A DNA stretch of 64,000 nt from Anthoceros angustus (taxonomy: Eukaryota; Plantae; Anthocerotophyta). The stretch covers positions 1-64,000 of the forward strand of contig VJWM01000255.1 in the NCBI GenBank assembly GCA_010909165.1, read 5' to 3'. Position numbers and translations under genes: made by a program. Below are positions 24,604 to 37,257 of this stretch, in pieces. Positions within the stretch are counted from its first letter, which is position 1. Each line of letters begins with the position of its first letter. Under the pieces are notes generated by a model. That model had not been told where the DNA came from and made no database searches. It was given only the letters and a program-made list of their open reading frames with translations.

Positions 24604-25224
24604 CGAATTCCTCTTCCGGCCTGATCTGTGCGCGATGTCGATCTTGCAGGTTGCTTTGTGTGGCGCGCCGGACGAAAGCTTCTCCCAGTGATTTTGATCA
24701 GACGTGCTTGTAGAAGGCTACTGGCAATCGCCTGTCGAAACCGGTAATACCCGTTCACCGGGATTTTGAGGTTTTATGATTTAGGGTTTGGACTTTCGAG
24801 GCTTTTCCCCCAGCGATGCCTGCCCTTGGAAATGAGTGGTACGACAGCAGGATCTCCATGTGCATGTGTATGTCCGTCGTGGTGAAGGATCTATAGGATG
24901 CTGCCATTGGATTGGGTGTTGGTTTGTCTTCGGAGCAGCGAGCGCCTCTAATTGCTATGTTCGACACTCTGACATCTGCAGGGGTAGCTAGGATTTGCAC
25001 GAAGCTTGTGTTGTTGGAGGAGTGACATGGTTCGTACCTCCGATTCAGTCGTCCAGCTTAGGCACCCGAGTTGATGTCTAGGACAGTGGATCGGATGACT
25101 GGAAACTTCTGGTCGCGAGCTGGGTTCGATGAGGACGCACTGTGGTGAAGGGGCGAGGGTGTGCTGCGGACGGCGGCCTATGAGGATGCTCAGGTCCTCA
25201 GTTGGCGGGAGCAGGGGTTGTGGG

Positions 25225-26185
25225 ATGGCTTTTGGTAGTTTACTGCTTGGAATTCTTCTTCTTCAAGTCCTAGAGGGTAACTCCACCTGCCTGTCGTGGA
25301 TTATGGTTTGCAGATCATGTTAGGGGAGGGGAAAGGATTTCCTAGGGGACTTTTCTTATCCCTTCCGATCTGCTTTGTCCTGCAGGTGTGTCTGCTGTTC
25401 GTGGGAATGTGACGCTGCAGTCTATAGAGCTGGCCACAACACACGAATGGTTTTCTTTGAAACCGAACGTTTACTTTGCTTGTCATGGGGAGCCGAAGGT
25501 GTATCTCCCAGATGTCACGGAAAAAAATAAGCCCTACAACTTTAGTGGTCTAGAATCGTTCCAGGTGATTGACTGTTCAGTTGAAGTGGTTTCAAAGAAG
25601 TTGGCTCCATGACATGTGACCTTGGACTTGCCCCGTTTTATTGACTGTTTTTGTTGGCAACTTCTTGCAGCCTTTGACATCCTTAGACGGGCAGAAATGC
25701 AAGAGGTGTGGATTCTACGAACACGACACTATCAAGAGTGATGACGTTTTCCATGAGTGGGAACTGTGTCCGAGTGCTTTCAGCCCTGCCCCTGAGAACC
25801 GTTACTCTCTGTCCGTTGAGAAAGAGCTGAACCTCACCCTAATTTGTGAAGGGTGCCACCCTCAAGTATCAGGTCAGTGTCCTTAAATCCGGAAAACCTT
25901 CCTCTCTGTTGATCCTTTCCTGCATTCACAAGCTGATTGTGTATTCTCGCAGCAACGGAGACACCCCCTGCGTCAGAGGAAATGGCCGAAGAGGAAGGCC
26001 ATCATGGCAGTGGGCTGAAAATTGTGGTGACCGTTTTTGTTGGGATCGTTATCGTTTCCATGCTATATGTCGGTTACCTAATATACCGAAAGAAGCAGCG
26101 AGAGGAGCAGCAGAAGCGGTTTATCCAACTTTTTGAAGACGATGAGGACTTGGATGAAGAACTGGGACTGAAGGATGACCTGTAG
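25225..26185 (+). CDS. Conserved plant type-I membrane protein, At3g53490-like, ~5 exons
   Basis: Signal peptide; VTLQSIEL..THEWFS.KP.VYF.C.GE.KVYLPDV; PLT.L.G.KCKRCG.YE.D; TM helix; RKKQREEQQKRFIQLFEDDEDLDEELGL C-terminus. Confidence 0.85.
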
Positions 26186-28974
26186 CAGACCGACTGAAGA
26201 AGTTGTGCAAGGAAACCCGACCAGGTGACTACTATCAAGCGATTCTGTATTACAAGGTTCATCTTTATTTCCTGTAACCCGGCAGAGGCGGGTGTGCCGA
26301 GCGGGTCTTGAGTCATGACCAAGCAACCCACAATTTGGTGGTTTCCAGCGACTCACTTTCCACCGGCCATCCCTTCTATTACATGACAAACAGGTGGACT
26401 CCCGGTTGTCGCCCATGTAGGAGCAACTCAAGAGCTGGGTCCGCAGACACACAGAATAATGGAAGTATCTCATACAGAGCACCTTTTTCCCACTGTATTT
26501 TCCAACAGGAAGTGCGATGCAGGTGGACTCTTCACGGGAGGATGAGGCAGCAAGGGTGGGGAAGGTGGCGGCAGGTGGGGCCGTGTAATTCGAAGTTTGA
26601 AGCTGTCGCATATCTGGCCAGCTATGGTGTTTTTTGTCTTGAGCGCCGGACGTGACAGGCTGGGCCCTTGGTGGACACTGGACAGGACTCCCGGAGCCGG
26701 GACTCCTGTGCACGTGTGTTGTCTCCGTGCTCCTTCCAGAAATGAACAGTTACTGGCCTACATATTACATAATGCAGCCCCTGCCCCTGTCCCAGCCCCG
26801 TGCGAACGCGAAGCCCGGTCGCCAGGCGGCCTGGGCCTCGGTTATTATGGTTGACTTGGTCCCGGCAGGATAGCCGCGAGCGTAGGCCACGGCCACTACC
26901 CGCTCGGCCCCGTTCGCCGTGCCGTCCGCGGGATATGTTGTTATTATTGGTGTGCATTTCCGAGTTGTGTCAGATGCTTTCATTCGCGCCTCCTTCTTCT
27001 CCCTGCCTCCGGAACCCGTGCCCGTCTTCCTCTCGCTGGCCGCGCGCCTAGCTGCCTTTGGCGCTGTCGACCATAGCCGGCTGGCATCACGGTGCAGGGC
27101 TCGGCCTGCCCCTCCACTCGACTCGGCCTCGGGGTTTCAATCCTTCCAGACGGTGTGTGCGCGTGGCGTACCCGTTCTCCTTGCTTTTCGCTTTGCTTGT
27201 CTGATTCGCGAATTTTTGGAGCTCCCGGCCGCCCCGCGGTTGACTCTCTTGCTCGGGATGCGTTGCCAGGGAGCATCAAGCAGGAGCCGTGTGGAATTCC
27301 CTTCTCGGAGTCTGGAACTTCTGGTCGTTGCTGTAGCGGGGGACGCTCGTTGCGGCTCATTTGCTGAAGTGGCTCCAAATATTCTTCGGGAGACCGGGTG
27401 CACTGCAGTGCGCTTTGGAGATTCAGTAAGACCTTGGTGCACGCTCTCTCTGCCTTCTTATGCGCTGCCTTTTTGCTCCCTCGCATGCACGCTCTCCTTC
27501 CTTGAACCTCTTCCTCCGTCGTCGCTCGGGCTCCTTGATACACTGAAGGCGCGCCCCCTCTTGGCCTGAATTCCATGCCTATCGCCTCTGCTTCAGATCT
27601 GCCAAGCTCAGGAGCCTCGCCTGGGTCTTGATAAGCTGGTTAGCAACTTAGCTATCATCCGGCGCGAAGATGGAGGTTCGGAGGTCTTGGAGGAAGCTGA
27701 GGCCGTTGCACTGCCTCCTGCTGATGTGCTTTGCTGCCTTTTGCTGCCCGAGCTTCGCCGCAGCTCGCTTGTTTCCTCAAGGTAACTTGTCCGCTAGCCT
27801 ACTGTAATGCTTTACACTTGAGGGACAGGAAGGTCAGGATGTCGCATCTGCTCTCCGGAATGGAGGCACCAGGGCCTTGCTCACAATTGTACGAACGTTT
27901 TCTGAGCAGGTAATCCTACCAAGGAAGTGGAAGAAGTGCGGGATCACCAGGCGCCGCATCTTGAATTCATCATGTCTGCTTGCGTGAAGCATCATATTGC
28001 CTGCAACCTTGTTCGCCGTCAGCTCCGCGAACACGGAGAAGGCGAGCAGCTGCTGCGTGGCGATGTAATCGAAAGGGAGCGGCTTCTGAAGGAAAGGGAG
28101 AACGCCAGAGTCTTGAGCTTCACAACAGCGGACTATCAACTGTGGAATCCGGATGTCAACCCCAGTGTTTCTGTGCCTATAGTGGCCGTCAGCCCGACAG
28201 CGTTACCGATTGTGGTGCCGAGGCCGTAACTCACGAGGTTGTGTGTGCATCTTCAAGTTGGTTTGTTTTCTGGCAGTGCAGTCTGTCCACCTCGAGGCTG
28301 TTGGTGATGTAAATATCCAGCCCTCGTATCGTCTGAAGGAACCTGGCAGCTTTGCAGTGTTTGCAGTTGGAGTGACATCCTTTTTTTCTGAAGGAAGCCA
28401 GGGAAGAGTTTTGAGGACAGTGGCAGTGGCGGACTGTTCGTTGTAAGAAAGAGGGAGGAGGGTGTTGCTGGCATCGTGCTGGGCCTTGTCCCAATTCTTT
28501 AGTGTAAAATTATGCTGGTTTGGAGCCAGACTAGGCAGATCATCTTCCTTGTGGTGTTTCTGTTGTGCTTATGAAAGTTTGGGCCTAAATTGATAAATAC
28601 GACGTCAAATGTATAGATCTACCTCCCTGTGATTTCTGAGGCCGATGAAGAACTTATGCAGCTTAAAGCAGTAGCATTGCGGGGATCAGGGCCAGAGACT
28701 CGCTGGGATGTGAAACAATTGCACTTTTATGGGGATGGTTTCGTTGAGGTCGCGGCCAAGGCGAAGCATGTTTTCCGACCCCATTACAAATATGCTGGCG
28801 ACGAATTTGCGGAGACGGTACCAATCCCTTGCCTTTACAAGCCTGGTCAGTATGCCTCACGAAGGTCGGAAAACACGACGGATGCACACGACGGTTCTTA
28901 GGTACAATGTTCGAGTAGGGGCGTTTTGTCCAAGCAACCTGTTCTTTGGGTAGCAAATTTTAGGGCAAGCTCAG

Positions 28975-29330
28975 TGTCCAAGCAACGATTTGCCATTTCC
29001 TCAAAACAATCCACTTTCTCGACTCGAAGAACATCTGCAAATAGCATTCCGTATTCACCAGCTGTAATCGCGCTTGGAAGCTTGCAGTTTGAGCTTCTAT
29101 GCATAATCCTGCTCCAGCTCTGCCCTGCTGCTGTGAATTAGGGGAAGTTCTAGGAAGAGCTCTTTGTCCAGGCAATGAAATGCCATTTCCTCAAAAGAGT
29201 CCACTGTCTCGACTCGAAGAACATCTGCAAATAGCATTCCGTATTTACCAGCTGTAATCGGGCTTGGAAGCTTGCAGTTTGAGCTTCTCTGCATAAGCCT
29301 GCTCCAGCTCCGCCTTGCTGCTGCGAATCA
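28975..29330 (-). repeat. Tandem duplication (190-bp period) of the primase 3' end
   Basis: TGCCATTTCCTCAAAA at 28991 and 29181; both units contain the last codons, stop and proximal 3' UTR of the primase gene. Confidence 0.9.
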
Positions 29331-30744
29331 GGGGTTCCAGGAACGAGTTGCGGAAGAAGTGCACTGCTTTGGCCATGGAGGTCTTCTCCCATTCCCTTGA
29401 CGGCCTCCTGTCACCTGTTGCCTGACTTCTCGGGTGATTATTCAGTTCCTCAAGCAAAACGGATGTGGTAGGCACTGTCGTTGGATCAAACAGTTCACAC
29501 TCCTGCGGATCGATGGGGACACAAACTCGACCTGTCTTCGGGTGCACGCAGAAAGGAGACTTGAGAAGATGGTTGCTGTGCTTGGACACTTCCAAATCCA
29601 GCCTTGGATACGTGTGAGAGAACACCACCTCCTGCACACATTTGTTCAAAGCCTCAAATCTTTTGAGCTTCAAGACCCCCTCAAAATCCTCCCACCTGAC
29701 TTTGCTCTTCTCCTCGCTGCTGTTGCAAAGCCTGCTGGCGCCGGTCTGCCACCTGCTGCGTATCTGGCTTCTGCAAGAGTCATCCGGGACCATTTGCAGA
29801 ATCTTCTCCCCTTGATCATCCGGGTAGAGCAGATGCTGGTTGGGGACAATGGCATCTTTGAAGGCACTGTACAGCACATCGTTGTATGCCCTTGCAAGCG
29901 CAGGGTGAAGGGAAGACCCGGACAAGGAAACTGTCTTGGGCCCGGAATTTTCACTCCCTCTGTAAACGCGGAAGTAGTCTGCAACCGCAGCTCTCTGCTC
30001 ATTGCTCAGCATTCGAGCCCTAGCATCACACACCCAGCAATGCACTCCTCGCCTACCACTGTAAACCCACAGCATGTGCGTGAAGCCGAAGTCCTCTCGC
30101 AGAGCAGTGTCCACCACTTTGATGACAATCGTCATGAGAGGCCAGCACAACAGGCAGATGTCAGCACCAGAACAGCATGTCCTCATGTCGTCGTAGTCCG
30201 TCATATCCACATCGAACACCAGCTCCCTCTCCACTGGCGCAAACACCCGCTCCCCTCCCAGGTTGGAGTACGCGGTTCGCTTGGCAGGGTCCACATTGTA
30301 AACGGCACCGATGTCTATCTTGTGAGGACACTTCTCGCAGATGGACGCCTCCATTTCCTGCGCATCTCGGAAGGACAGATACCGAACGTAAATGTCGTGA
30401 TCCAAAGTGAAGGAGAACTCCCGCCTCCCAAAGTAGCTGCCATCGCACGCCGGATGCTTGCCGTCGTTGCCATACGACAGCCATTTGTGCATTTCCTCGA
30501 AAGGAAACAGCCGCCTGTAGTACACTCGCAATTGATCCAGGCTGAACACCTCCTGCTGCTGCTGAATGGAGCACACAGGCATTTCTTCGTCCACCTCCAT
30601 CTTCACTTGCACCGGTTCCTTGTCAGCCACAACATCCACGTCCATGACGGCCTCCTCCGTGTCTGCCTCGTTCCCCATTTCTGTCAGGCCCTCAAACCCA
30701 ACAACTCCACTCCCCACTCCAAAGGCAGAAACTGAGCTACCCAA
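29245..30744 (-). CDS. PRIM1: DNA primase small (catalytic) subunit, intronless
   Basis: RREFSFTL..DIYVRY, ERELVFDVDMTDYDD (DxD), WVYSGRRGVHCWVCD, YPRLD..VSK..NHLLKSPFCVHPKTGRVCVPID in one 499-aa ORF. Confidence 0.97.
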   Translation of the reverse strand: MGSSVSAFGVGSGVVGFEGLTEMGNEADTEEAVMDVDVVADKEPVQVKMEVDEEMPVCSIQQQQEVFSLDQLRVYYRRLFPFEEMHKWLSYGNDGKHPACDGSYFGRREFSFTLDHDIYVRYLSFRDAQEMEASICEKCPHKIDIGAVYNVDPAKRTAYSNLGGERVFAPVERELVFDVDMTDYDDMRTCCSGADICLLCWPLMTIVIKVVDTALREDFGFTHMLWVYSGRRGVHCWVCDARARMLSNEQRAAVADYFRVYRGSENSGPKTVSLSGSSLHPALARAYNDVLYSAFKDAIVPNQHLLYPDDQGEKILQMVPDDSCRSQIRSRWQTGASRLCNSSEEKSKVRWEDFEGVLKLKRFEALNKCVQEVVFSHTYPRLDLEVSKHSNHLLKSPFCVHPKTGRVCVPIDPQECELFDPTTVPTTSVLLEELNNHPRSQATGDRRPSREWEKTSMAKAVHFFRNSFLEPLIRSSKAELEQAYAEKLKLQASKPDYSW

Positions 30745-31321
30745 GGAGATCTCCGAACACAGCCATCCCTCCAGTCACACCACCGGCTTTGCCTAGTCCT
30801 TCAAACGATTCTGCACAGTCTCCGTTCCCGAAGGAAGGATCGTTGCCTCATGCGCGATTGCGCGGGAACTGCGGTAGCTGGTTTGCTTTGGGCGGGAATT
30901 GCCATATCTCGTCCGCTTTGCCTTTGCGCGGGAGTGACCCTCCCCCAACCAAGCCAGGTTTAAGACTTGTCGTCCTCCGGTTAACTAGTCAAGGACAGTT
31001 TACTCGAATCCTGTTCCAGAGCTTTGCGAGATCCGACCCGCAGGGAACTGCATGTCTGTATTTTTTTTCATTGGACTCACAAGAGCTGCGGTGCAGCTTT
31101 GCGGCAGATCAAGGTGGAGGAAGAATGCATGCTGCGACAGGAGCAGCTCTTGCATTTGAGAAACCATCATCTTAAGGCTAGTAGTTCGTAAAAAATAGAA
31201 GCCCACTTCCTAGGCCCGTCTTTTCTTCATCATCCGAGCTGCTTCTCACGACCATGAAAGACAAGCGCACACAAGCAAGACACCTCCAGCCGTTGATCCC
31301 ATTTTAGGCAAGGTCACAGTG

Positions 31322-33707
31322 TTACACGGGGAGCTTCTTCCGAACCAGTCCCTTGAGGAAGTCAAAGCTGCAAACACAGGGTCTTCAAATGAGTCGTGGC
31401 CCACTGCAGACCTCGGAGTTGGTGGCACCAACCCTGTGGACATGAGGACAAAAGCCCTAATCAGGCACCACCAACCTGTTTCCGTCCGGATGCAGCTCAA
31501 AGTGCTCGTCCTGATCATTGGTTGCTAGAAGAAAACCCGAGGAGGTGAGACCCTGTTCACACATCCAGCAAGTGACCATGAACAGTCTGTTTTTCTTCCA
31601 AGTCAGTACTGCATCAGTGACTTGCCTACTATATAGCTGCAGAACGGCCATGATGGAACTCGGACCTGAATTATGACTGGGACTTTGGATACCCCTGTGC
31701 TGTCTTCTTCCTTTTCTTCCAATTCCACTTTCTGACCACTTCGGAATCCAAAACGATGGCCGAACAGAGAGTGTGAGACTACTGAGCGTGTTGTCATGAA
31801 CATGCTACTATAGCAAACTGAAGAAACATGATGCTTAACCTGTGCAGCCATTTGGTGTAGTACGAGGCCTCCAAGGGTGTGAAACCTGCAGATGATGCAA
31901 CTTGTTAAGGCAGTAGATGGCTCAATGCGAAAGCCGGCAGTTTCCCTGGATTTGTAGCATAACATTGTCATGCAGGAGACAAGACATCACTCACCATGTG
32001 TTGTGAAAGTGTGGAACAGCTCTTCAAATCTGTTAAAGATGATTGCAAGAAGTTTCACCCTGTTCAGTACATGAGGTTGTGCATCCTGCTCCTCCAGCAG
32101 AACTTCGAGACATGTGGTTGGTTTCCTGTTGCTGACATTCAGGCCCACTCCTGCGCGGTTGCAATGGCAGGTAGTAAGTCATTAGCTCATGGATGAGCGT
32201 ATGATTTGGTTTCGGCAAGCGTGGCTGGATGTTCCCCAGAATGCAAATCTGCGGACGTTTTCTTACCCAGAACGACGTTGAACTTTTTTGAGCTGTAGGT
32301 TGATGTGCAAAGGATGCCACCAATTTTCAAACCCTTGGCGTACAGGTCATTAGGCCACTTGATCCTCACATCCGGACTGGGCAGTTCCTGTAATGCAGTG
32401 CAAGTGCGTTGCTGAATCTAGCGATTTAGTATTTCCTGGGTTGTCAACCCACAACAACATGCGGCAGCAACTCACATGTCTGGAGCAGTAAACCTCTATT
32501 CCGTCTATGATAGCCAATGAAACCACATACTGCAAGAATGGTAATTTCCGCCCATCTTCCATTTGCAGGGTGAAGGAAAACATCAAACAACCTTTCGGTG
32601 ACTCCCACACATTCCCTGCTCTCCCTGCCGTTTCCCACGATCAAGTTAGCAAGACGTACTCGACGCACAGGTTACAACCAGCATCTCCATACCTTTGCCT
32701 TCATATTGCACGTCTGCCACACAGACTGTACCCTGGGGAAAGGCACTCCAATTCCTGCACAAAAGGAACAACCCAGCAAGGAGCTAGCAACATCTTCTGG
32801 GCAGGGAAGGGCAGGCTATCTAGAATGGCTCACAAGCTTTCAACAACAGCAGCGACCGTTTCTGGTCAGTTCGAGGATGAAACTCTCACTGCGACAGAAT
32901 GCTGTGTGTGGAAGGAAGGCGTGAAGCAAAGAGAAGCAGCGCCCCAAACTGTGAGGTCTGGAGTTCGGCAAAATATGCATCCACATCGAAGCCCTTGGGG
33001 AACTTATCCTTGTGCTCATCTGCTCCCACCAGCACTGAACCCTGAGGAAGCTTGAGATGTCGGGTCTGTAGCAGACCTTCCGCATGCTGTGGGCCTCTCT
33101 CAGCCAGGAATATAAGAGCATCCGTGCTCCCCCCGCCTGCAAGTAAGCGCAAAGCTCATCAACCCAAGCTGCATGGACGAAATTACCAGAAGAACCTCAC
33201 TCATCATGGATTCCACAAACCACGCTCACCAGCAGCTTCCTTGGAACTGCCACCTGACTCTGTCCCTTGCCCCTCAACCTCAACAATTTTCCCTGAAGTC
33301 CCCAGTTCGCCCGTCCCCAAAAACGTCCCCACCTTTCCTGCCTCCACCCCCTCTGCTGGCAGCTCCAATTTCCCAGCTTCTACCTTGGACCCAAACTCCG
33401 CCCGCTCGAGCTTCCCCAACTCCACCTTCCCGGAAACAGCAGCCTCCAGCTGCAATTTCAGGGACCCGGACAGAAGCTCCTCGATTCCGGGCGCATGCTC
33501 ACTGGAGGCGGCCATCCGTGGTGCTCCAGACCGTCTCCAAACCCTCTTCCAGAAAACAACCCTATCCTCCTGGAAGCGCTTGACGAGACGGCATTCAGCT
33601 GGTGCTGGAGCAAACGTGACAAGGAAGTGACTCCGCGGGCCCCAGCATCCGATGTGGAAGAAGCAAGCGGGACCAGTGGCTCCAGAAGCCAGCCTTGTGC
33701 TGACCAT
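31322..33707 (-). CDS. HCS: Holocarboxylase synthetase (biotin-protein ligase), multi-exon
   Basis: WESPKGCLMFSF, IKWPNDLY..GLKIGGILCTSTY, QGLTSSGFLLA...FELHPDGN and final exon FDFLKGLVRKKLPV*; start inferred. Confidence 0.93.
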
Positions 33708-33991
33708 GTGCGGCGTCGAATCCTGTGTGACAAAAACTACGAAACCGCCCGTGCCGTAGAGTGGAGTGCAGGAGGCGAGGCTGGTTTTTATATCATAGAT
33801 CACACACGGCAATTCGAGGAGCAAGCAAGGCAAGGCAAGGTAGACAGCATTCAATCAAAATCAAATTCCATCAAGCGAGGCTGATCTTCGGCCCAGTGAA
33901 TTGAGCCAGAGATCCACACTCCAGAAAATTTTCATTCCATTCCACAGCATTTGGCTGAACAAGGGGCAGGAGCTACAAGCTCCAACCAAGC

Positions 33992-34477
33992 TCAGTCCCT
34001 GGAACCCGCCCGGAAAATGCCGAAGGCCGTGACGGCCCCGACTGCGGCTGTGAGGGCCAGAGCAGCGCTGGGGGCGGGGGTCACCACCCCGGCAGTCTCC
34101 AGCAAGCCCTCGCCGGAGAAAATCTCCACGGCAAGTGCGCCCACAAATGCGAGCATGGCAGCGCGGCCCAGCCAGATGTCCAGAGAGTTGGCGCCCTCCT
34201 CGGCGTTCTCAGCCCTGGGGCTCACAGCCCTGCTCCGAGCTTGCATGCTCCTGCTGCTCAGGCGCCTGGCGCCCTGAAGGGCGTGAAGATCTGTGGTGCC
34301 CAACATCGAATTGCAGGCGAAGGAAGAACATGGTGGTGCGCGGCGCAGAGACAGAGGCAGAGCCGAGACGACGCAGGAGGCCGAGGATGCCCTGGTCCCA
34401 TTGCCGTGGATAGAGTGGCCCGCCGTGAGCGATGGAGCTTGCAGAACGGCCTGCACTGCTGTTGCAGCCATCGCCAT
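33992..34477 (-). CDS. SEP1: Stress enhanced protein 1 (two-helix LHC-like, plastid), intronless
   Basis: Transit peptide plus SLDIWLGRAAMLAFVGALAVEIFSGEGLLE...G and a second helix. Confidence 0.9.
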   Translation of the reverse strand: MAMAATAVQAVLQAPSLTAGHSIHGNGTRASSASCVVSALPLSLRRAPPCSSFACNSMLGTTDLHALQGARRLSSRSMQARSRAVSPRAENAEEGANSLDIWLGRAAMLAFVGALAVEIFSGEGLLETAGVVTPAPSAALALTAAVGAVTAFGIFRAGSRD

Positions 34478-35012
34478 CGCACACAGCAGCTTCCAATCCG
34501 AAGGATGGCACAGCGAGGCGTTCGTATGGTGAGCCTGCGTGACTATCCAGCCCCGTGAGGACCCCGTTCACACCACACAACCAAACTACATTCTGATGCA
34601 TCCAAAAGTTTAATAACTTCTGATAACCATTGGGGTATAATCACCACCCTGAAAATACGTGTACGTACACTGTACAGTTCGACAGTCACCACTCCCCAAC
34701 CGGTTTGCTCGACAGTGGCCTTGACAAACGCATTAGGCCAGCTGGATATCCATCCAGTGTCCCGGCTGAAGTTCAGCGCCCTCCCCAGCCGTCACAACCA
34801 CCATGTTTTGCTGTTCTGCCTGCAGCAACAGTTCAGAAGAAGCTATGTGAAGGTGGCAGCATATGCGGTGCAACCAGACTTGCAAGGAGAATCAGGTCGA
34901 CACACGTACCTGTATTTCGGTTATCGCTGCTATCAGTCCTCCTTACTGGTTGCTACTAACGAACCCTTTAGTGAGCTTGAAGACGGCTTACACGTATCAG
35001 GGAAAGAAATCA

Positions 35013-36823
35013 TTATTGGATTTCCATATCTTGAGCCTGGTTGCCTTGCTCCATCTGAGCTTTCGCCTGACGTCTGAGCAGCTTGATCACGGAATTCACA
35101 CTGACTCTCGAGCTATGAGTGGCTGGTCCATGCCCATTACCACTAGCCGTCCCCAAAAGAAGAGGAGGGACTTCTGGCATACAGTCAATCCCTGATATCT
35201 GTTGTGCCCATTTGTATGGTCTAAGACCAGGTTTCTGCTGACAAGGAAACTCAGCCCCAGCCACGACTCTTGAGGCCTGCCTGAGCGAAGAGGATGATCA
35301 ACCACCAGCAAAAGCCATTCACTTGATGAAACGATCCATCTCAGTAACATCTCAGCAACACAGGGGAAGTACCACATACACATACACGGACTGCGTCCGT
35401 TCGGTTTTGCCATACCTGGTTTGGAAATTTTAGCCCATCGTCGCCTGGATACAGGCGTGCAAGCAAATCTTCTTGGCCATTGCCTTGTCCGCCCTCGATA
35501 CCAGCACAGACTATATTGAGCTTAGACAGATGATCAAAGACCACCGTAACCAGGCTTCTTGGGTTGTCCATATCCTGCAGCTCGTCGTCAAAGATTGATA
35601 ACGAGATGCGAAGAGGGTGGGACCTATACATATCAACAGGGGGGGCAATTCCACTCTTAGACTTTCTATGTGACCTTGACCTCCTCTCGTGATCTCCCTT
35701 GTCTGGCATGTCATCACCCTTCCCACCATCTGCATAAAGCCACAAAGGCCTTGACTGGTTCAACGCATGTCACTCAGTGAAGCTGAATAAATAAATGCTA
35801 AATCCGAATTATGGTTGAAAAACAGGTTAGGGATCTCACCTGCCTCCCTTCTTGCCAGTTGTCGGCAGATACTTTGGGCATCCCTAGCACTACCCACAAT
35901 TTCCACCGAAGTACTCTCCCCAAATGTATCTCGTTGGGCCAATAGCTGGGAGTAGAGAAGGTACAGTGGTGTTGGCAGCATATCCGTTGAAGGATCCAGA
36001 CTCTGAGGCTTGGGTGAAGGAATTCCAAGCAGCTGTTGGACAGACACCGTTGCCTTTGTCAATCCCTTTAGAGGGGCAGGCAAGCTGGACATGAACTTTT
36101 TGCGGGAGGCAATGCATTCTTGCAATCGCTTCTTGTGAGCCTCCAAGGATTCTCGTTTTCTGCACAGCCTCTTTCTCTGCGCAAGAGGTACACACACAAC
36201 ACACACCATCAGATAGGTTACAGGCTAGGCAAACGGCTCAGGCTAGCTCACCACTATAAGGAGACAAGCACCTGATAAAGCTCAAAGTTCAAACGCTGCA
36301 GCATGAGCTTGTGATTATCGGTTGCAAGGGCAGGATCCGACTTCATCTCCTCTGGTGCATCTCGGAAAAACTCCTCCACCGGCACAAGTTCCACAGCAGA
36401 GTATTTCGACTTGTAGTCTCTACAGGCACTGATAGCCTTCAAGTAGTGATTCTTCTCGTACAGCAGGTTATGAAGACTGAGCGCAGTGCTGTCCACGGGG
36501 ACTTTGGCAGCCTCCGTCTCGAGCTTGACACGATCTTCTTCTTGGAATATGAGGCGGTTCACCTGCATCGTCGTAATTCGTCCACAAGGACTCGAAAATT
36601 CAGATGGCGGCCACCACACATCGAGAACCCACAACGGATTCAGCAAGATGAACGGAAAGTCCATTACCTTGCGGAGCTCCAGGAACAAGACAGACGCGTC
36701 CGTAGCAAGTCCACAGAGATCCGTCTTCCGGTTTCCTTCCTGCTTCAACTTCAGCATCTTCCCTAGAATGTCCTCGAGAGAGAGTCTCACGCTTGCCAAC
36801 ACCTCGTGCTGATGGCTTGCCAT
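35013..36823 (-). CDS. THOC5: THO complex subunit 5, multi-exon (3' end uncertain)
   Basis: VDSTALSLHNLLYEKNHYLKAISACRDYKSKY, HKLMLQRLNFELYQRKRL, LPTPLYLLYSQL, Y..HPL, RPYKWAQ.ISGID..PE motifs. Confidence 0.9.
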
Positions 36824-37257
36824 GCTTGGCAGCAGCTTCTGCTCTCCCGGGGATTGCCGTGCTCAAACGTCGCTTAGGGCATGCAAGAACATAGACGCAC
36901 ATACAATCTTGAGCATGCCACGGAAATTGACGGGGTAAAGTTGACAAGTCAGGAGTTGAAGCCAACAGACAGATATGTTTCGATAGACTTTCGCCCAAAT
37001 CTCTTGCAGATGGCGACGGTCTGTTGTAAGACAAGAATGCTGCTCGGCACCTTGGAAGTGCCTACAGGAATGGAATGGAACTGTGTTTCACAGTTTGGCA
37101 AGCTGAAGCCATTGAAGGCCTGCTTACAAAACAGTCTGACATCTGCTCTTTGGCAACGATTTCCAATGGAGAACAAAAATTTTCCTGATTCCCTATCCGA
37201 CTCCTTAACAAGCTTGCAGGTTGGCAACCTGCGGTTTGATTTTGTGGCGTAAGAGCC

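Noticed and set aside
29434-30735. 433-aa ORF on the plus strand
   Set aside because: Antisense shadow of the primase CDS; no recognisable protein features.
34700-35013. THOC5 appears shorter than angiosperm THO5
   Set aside because: Downstream exons could not be resolved by eye, so truncation cannot be claimed.
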